Assembly: GCA_963847595.1 (NCBI GenBank)
Contig: CAWKAJ010000002.1
Location: 1,597,914-1,661,913 of the forward strand
Length of the DNA: 64,000 nucleotides
DNA from: an uncultured Chloroflexia bacterium
Lineage (GTDB): Bacteria; Chloroflexota; Dehalococcoidia; SZUA-161
Direction: 5' to 3'
The notes beneath the pieces are model-generated. The model had not been told where the DNA came from, made no database searches, and was given only the letters and a program-made list of their open reading frames with translations. Shown piece by piece: positions 61,174 to 64,000 of the stretch; the stretch's first letter is position 1; each line of letters opens with the position of its first letter. A program made the translations under genes and the position numbers.

Positions 61174-62367
61174 ATGGCTAAAGCTCTCGATGGCATCAGG
61201 GTGTTGGATTTCACCAGGATGTACGGCGGCCCTTTGGGTACCATGATGCTGGCTGAACTCGGCGCAGATGTGATTAAGGTTGAGGTACCGGGCGGGGGAG
61301 ACGCAATCAGAACCACTGCGCCTTTAACCGAGGGACAGGAGAGCTACCGTTTCGTGGCCCTGAATCGCGGCAAGCGAGACATCACCTTGAACCTCAACTC
61401 GGAGGAAGGGCAGAGGATATGCAGGGAGCTGGTAGGGAAGTGCGATGTTCTGGTGGAGAACTTTACGCCCGGGGTGATGGAGGGCTACGGCCTGGGCTAC
61501 GAGGAGCTCAAACGTCATAACCCGCGCCTTGTCTACGTTTCTATATCGGGGTTCGGATGTACCGGCCCTTACCGCAGCCGTGTGGCTTTCGATACCATTA
61601 TCCAGGCCATGGGCGGCCTCATCAGCATCAATGGGTTCCCGGATTCTCCTCCCACTAAAGTGGGGCCTGCCATCGCAGATTTTTTAGGAGGGATATTCGC
61701 TAATATTGCCATCCTCGCTGCTCTCCAGTACAGGTCGAGGACAAAGCAAGGCCAGTTTGTGGATATCTCCATGCAGGACTGTATCTGGTACATAACCGCT
61801 ATACAATTCCTGCCCTTATACGTATTGACGGGCCAGGAGCCGCCGAGGCTGGGCAACCGCCAGATCGAGGTCACGCCATTCAGCATCTATAAGGCGAAGG
61901 ATGGGTACATCGTCATCGGTGTCGTCACAGTCGCGCAATGGCAGCGCCTGCTGGAGGTTATTGGCAGAGAGGACCTCAAGAATGTCCCGGAGTATGCCAG
62001 CCAGGCTACTCGTATCGAACACGCCGAGCAAATAGAAGCTATAGTGGAGACTTGGACAAAGGAGAGAACGGTTGATGAGATGCTAAATGTGCTTGAGGCT
62101 GCTGATTTAGCCTGTTCCCCGGTTCCCACCTTCGGTCAGGTGGCGAACGACCCTCAGCTTGCCAGTCGCCACATGGTGGTCGAGGTTGAGCAGGTAATAA
62201 GCGGCAAACTCAAAGTGCCGGGTTCGGTGTTCAAGATGGCCAGAACGCCGGGCGACGCCACTAAGCCCGCCCCCTTCCTCGGCCAGCACAACGCCGAGGT
62301 GTACAGCGAGCTTCTGGGCTACGACCAGAAGACCATAGACCGTCTGCAGCACGAAGGGGTGATTTAA
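61174..62367 (+). CDS. Family III CoA-transferase (CaiB/BaiF)
   Basis: LDGIRVLDFT..GP N-terminus. Conserved Asp region. Confidence 0.8.
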   Translation: MAKALDGIRVLDFTRMYGGPLGTMMLAELGADVIKVEVPGGGDAIRTTAPLTEGQESYRFVALNRGKRDITLNLNSEEGQRICRELVGKCDVLVENFTPGVMEGYGLGYEELKRHNPRLVYVSISGFGCTGPYRSRVAFDTIIQAMGGLISINGFPDSPPTKVGPAIADFLGGIFANIAILAALQYRSRTKQGQFVDISMQDCIWYITAIQFLPLYVLTGQEPPRLGNRQIEVTPFSIYKAKDGYIVIGVVTVAQWQRLLEVIGREDLKNVPEYASQATRIEHAEQIEAIVETWTKERTVDEMLNVLEAADLACSPVPTFGQVANDPQLASRHMVVEVEQVISGKLKVPGSVFKMARTPGDATKPAPFLGQHNAEVYSELLGYDQKTIDRLQHEGVI

Positions 62368-62496
62368 CCCAGACATAAATTACCCAACTGGCCAGAAAGT
62401 CGAAGGCCTTCAACCGGTTCCTCATCGTCTCTTGCTTTTGTCAAATTACCCTGGGTGTTACAAATCTCTTACATTTTTCTGCTGAGATTACCCTTG

Positions 62497-62527
62497 CCTT
62501 GACAAACTCCTATGTGATGTTAGAATG
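62497..62527 (+). promoter_or_regulatory. Sigma70-like promoter (ttgaca, 16-17 nt spacer, tagaat) for the small ORF and rSAM gene
   Basis: Near-consensus -35 and -10 hexamers about 45 nt upstream of the ATG. Confidence 0.4.
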
Positions 62528-62572
62528 CGCTCAGAAGCTGCCGGCATCTTAGCCTGGAAGGAGGTGAGGGCT

Positions 62573-62671
62573 ATGAGTGAGGAATTGAGGGAGATGGAAG
62601 CCAGGCTGTTCCAGAGCTTGAAAGAGGCTCTGGAGAAGAACAAAGCCCTGGCCAGGAACTGCCTCGCCTGA
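62573..62671 (+). CDS. 32-aa small ORF, candidate precursor peptide (MSEELREMEARLFQSLKEALEKNKALARNCLA). Below the ORF-track length cut-off.
   Basis: Strong RBS ggaaggaggtg placed 7 nt before the ATG. Own promoter. Lies 50 nt upstream of a radical SAM/SPASM gene. Confidence 0.45.
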   Translation: MSEELREMEARLFQSLKEALEKNKALARNCLA

Positions 62672-62721
62672 AAGTCCTGAAAGGGTAAGTAAATTGCCGG
62701 TCCGGCAATAAGGCAGTTGCA

Positions 62722-63768
62722 ATGAAGGGCACGCCCTATGATTTCTTCGTCCAGTGGCACTTAACCGAGAGATGTAATCTGAGATGTCGGCATTGCTACC
62801 AGTCGGGACCTGTGCCCGAGATGGGCTACGAGGAAATCTGCAGGGCGGTTGATAACGTAAGAAGCGCAATACAAAGCTGGGTGACCGAATACGAGATGCA
62901 GATGTCACCCAGCTTTCATTTTACCGGAGGCGAGCCGTTTCTGCGCAAGGACCTCTTCGAAATACTGGGTTATGTCCGCGATTGCGGTTTCTCAGTGTCC
63001 CTGATGAGCAACGGCACGCTTATAGATGGCGATATGGCGCGGCGCATCAAAGAGGCAGGGGTCAACGATGTGCAGGTCAGCCTCGACGGACTCGAGGCTA
63101 CACACGATAGCCTGAGAGGCAGGGGAGCTTACAGGCGCACGCTGCAAGGCATCGGAAACCTGGTGGCTCAAGGGGTTGAGGCCAATATCAATTTAACTGT
63201 CTCGCGGATCAATATGGGCCAGGCCGCGAAACTGGTTCGGCTTGCTGAGGAGTTGGGAGTAAGCGCCATCGCCTTCTCGCGCCTGGTGCCCACCGGGCAG
63301 GGCAAGGGACTCAGCAGCGAGACACTGACTCCCCCGCAGGTGGCTAATTTCTACGGAGAGCTGCGAAAGTATAAAGATAACCCCAAAGTCGTGGTTACCT
63401 CGCGCGACCCTCTGGCCGCTATCGCCGCAATGGATGGGGAGAGCCCGCAGGCGGAAATGCCTATAGGCGGCTGCGCGGCCGGCATCTTCGGCGTAACTAT
63501 CACCGCCGATGGCACCATCATGCCGTGCCGGCGCATGAACCTGCCCATTGGAAATATCAAAGAGGTGTCATTCCGTGAGCTCTGGGCAGGTTCACCTGTG
63601 CTGTGGTCTCTGCGCAGGCGGGAGGACTACCACGGGGGGTGCGAGTCCTGTCGCTACTGGGCGGTGTGCCGGGGCTGTCGGGCCATAGCGCTGGCCTATG
63701 CCCGGGCCAACGACCGGGAGGACTGCCTCGGCCCGGACCCGCAGTGCCCATACCATTGCCCCTGGTAA
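62722..63768 (+). CDS. Radical SAM protein with C-terminal SPASM-type Cys cluster (peptide-modifying maturase family)
   Basis: CNLRCRHCY radical SAM motif. C-terminal CAAG..C..CRYWAVCRGC cluster. Confidence 0.75.
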   Translation: MKGTPYDFFVQWHLTERCNLRCRHCYQSGPVPEMGYEEICRAVDNVRSAIQSWVTEYEMQMSPSFHFTGGEPFLRKDLFEILGYVRDCGFSVSLMSNGTLIDGDMARRIKEAGVNDVQVSLDGLEATHDSLRGRGAYRRTLQGIGNLVAQGVEANINLTVSRINMGQAAKLVRLAEELGVSAIAFSRLVPTGQGKGLSSETLTPPQVANFYGELRKYKDNPKVVVTSRDPLAAIAAMDGESPQAEMPIGGCAAGIFGVTITADGTIMPCRRMNLPIGNIKEVSFRELWAGSPVLWSLRRREDYHGGCESCRYWAVCRGCRAIALAYARANDREDCLGPDPQCPYHCPW

Positions 63769-63937
63769 TGAACACTTTTCACTCGATTTGCAAATCTTGC
63801 CTTTTTCTGTTATAGTGCCCTTCGGTGGTTAATAGTATAGGTTGCCAATCTACTGAAGGGTCCTCTTTTATCAGCGACATCCTCAGGCCTTGGATGACCG
63901 AGCTTTAACCAACTAGCATAAGAGAGGAGGTCATCCA

Positions 63938-64000
63938 TGAGCTACGTGGAAAAGTCGCTGCAATGTTCAGATTGCGGCACCAGTTTCACCTTTAGCGCCG
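63938..64000 (+). CDS. 5' end of a zinc-ribbon (CxxC) protein gene, truncated by the window edge
   Basis: RBS agaggagg then ATG. MSYVEKSLQCSDCGTSF. Confidence 0.3.

Overview
This 64-kb window is bacterial, about 57% GC, and looks Chloroflexota-like. Much of it is ordinary housekeeping: ftsH, mnmE, radA, fabF, folC, argF-der-plsY-gpsA, rpsP-KH-rimM, enoyl-CoA hydratases, a dienoyl-CoA reductase and ADP-forming acetyl-CoA synthetase subunits. Several accessory regions sit between these genes.

(1) A cell-surface island spans 5.1-18 kb. It contains two tandem archaeal-type flagellin (archaellin) genes with class III signal peptides, two FecR-domain secreted paralogs, three paralogous SipW-cognate-signal (TasA-like) secreted proteins, and a SipW-type signal peptidase fused to a large polytopic membrane domain. 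The peptidase is translationally coupled to a 527-aa bitopic protein. The island also carries gene fragments, a 90-bp direct repeat and an Ig/vWA pseudogene.

(2) A hairpin-rich dispersed repeat family (REP/MITE-like, built on cccccaaNcttggggg and gcagaggggc-N-gcccctctgc hairpins) occurs as 8 intergenic copies.

(3) A herA-nurA nuclease/helicase operon carries an extra HAS-barrel-like ORF and a REP-associated tyrosine transposase (RAYT) wedged inside it.

(4) An unannotated 32-aa ORF with its own promoter and strong RBS lies directly upstream of a radical SAM/SPASM maturase, suggesting a RiPP-like cassette.

(5) A recent tandem duplication of a 2-hydroxyacyl-CoA dehydratase-family gene is bracketed by the repeats.

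(6) An acyl-CoA neighbourhood holds three ACD alpha paralogs, one beta subunit, a B12-radical SAM protein, DegV and a family III CoA-transferase.

No rRNA, tRNA or CRISPR could be supported.
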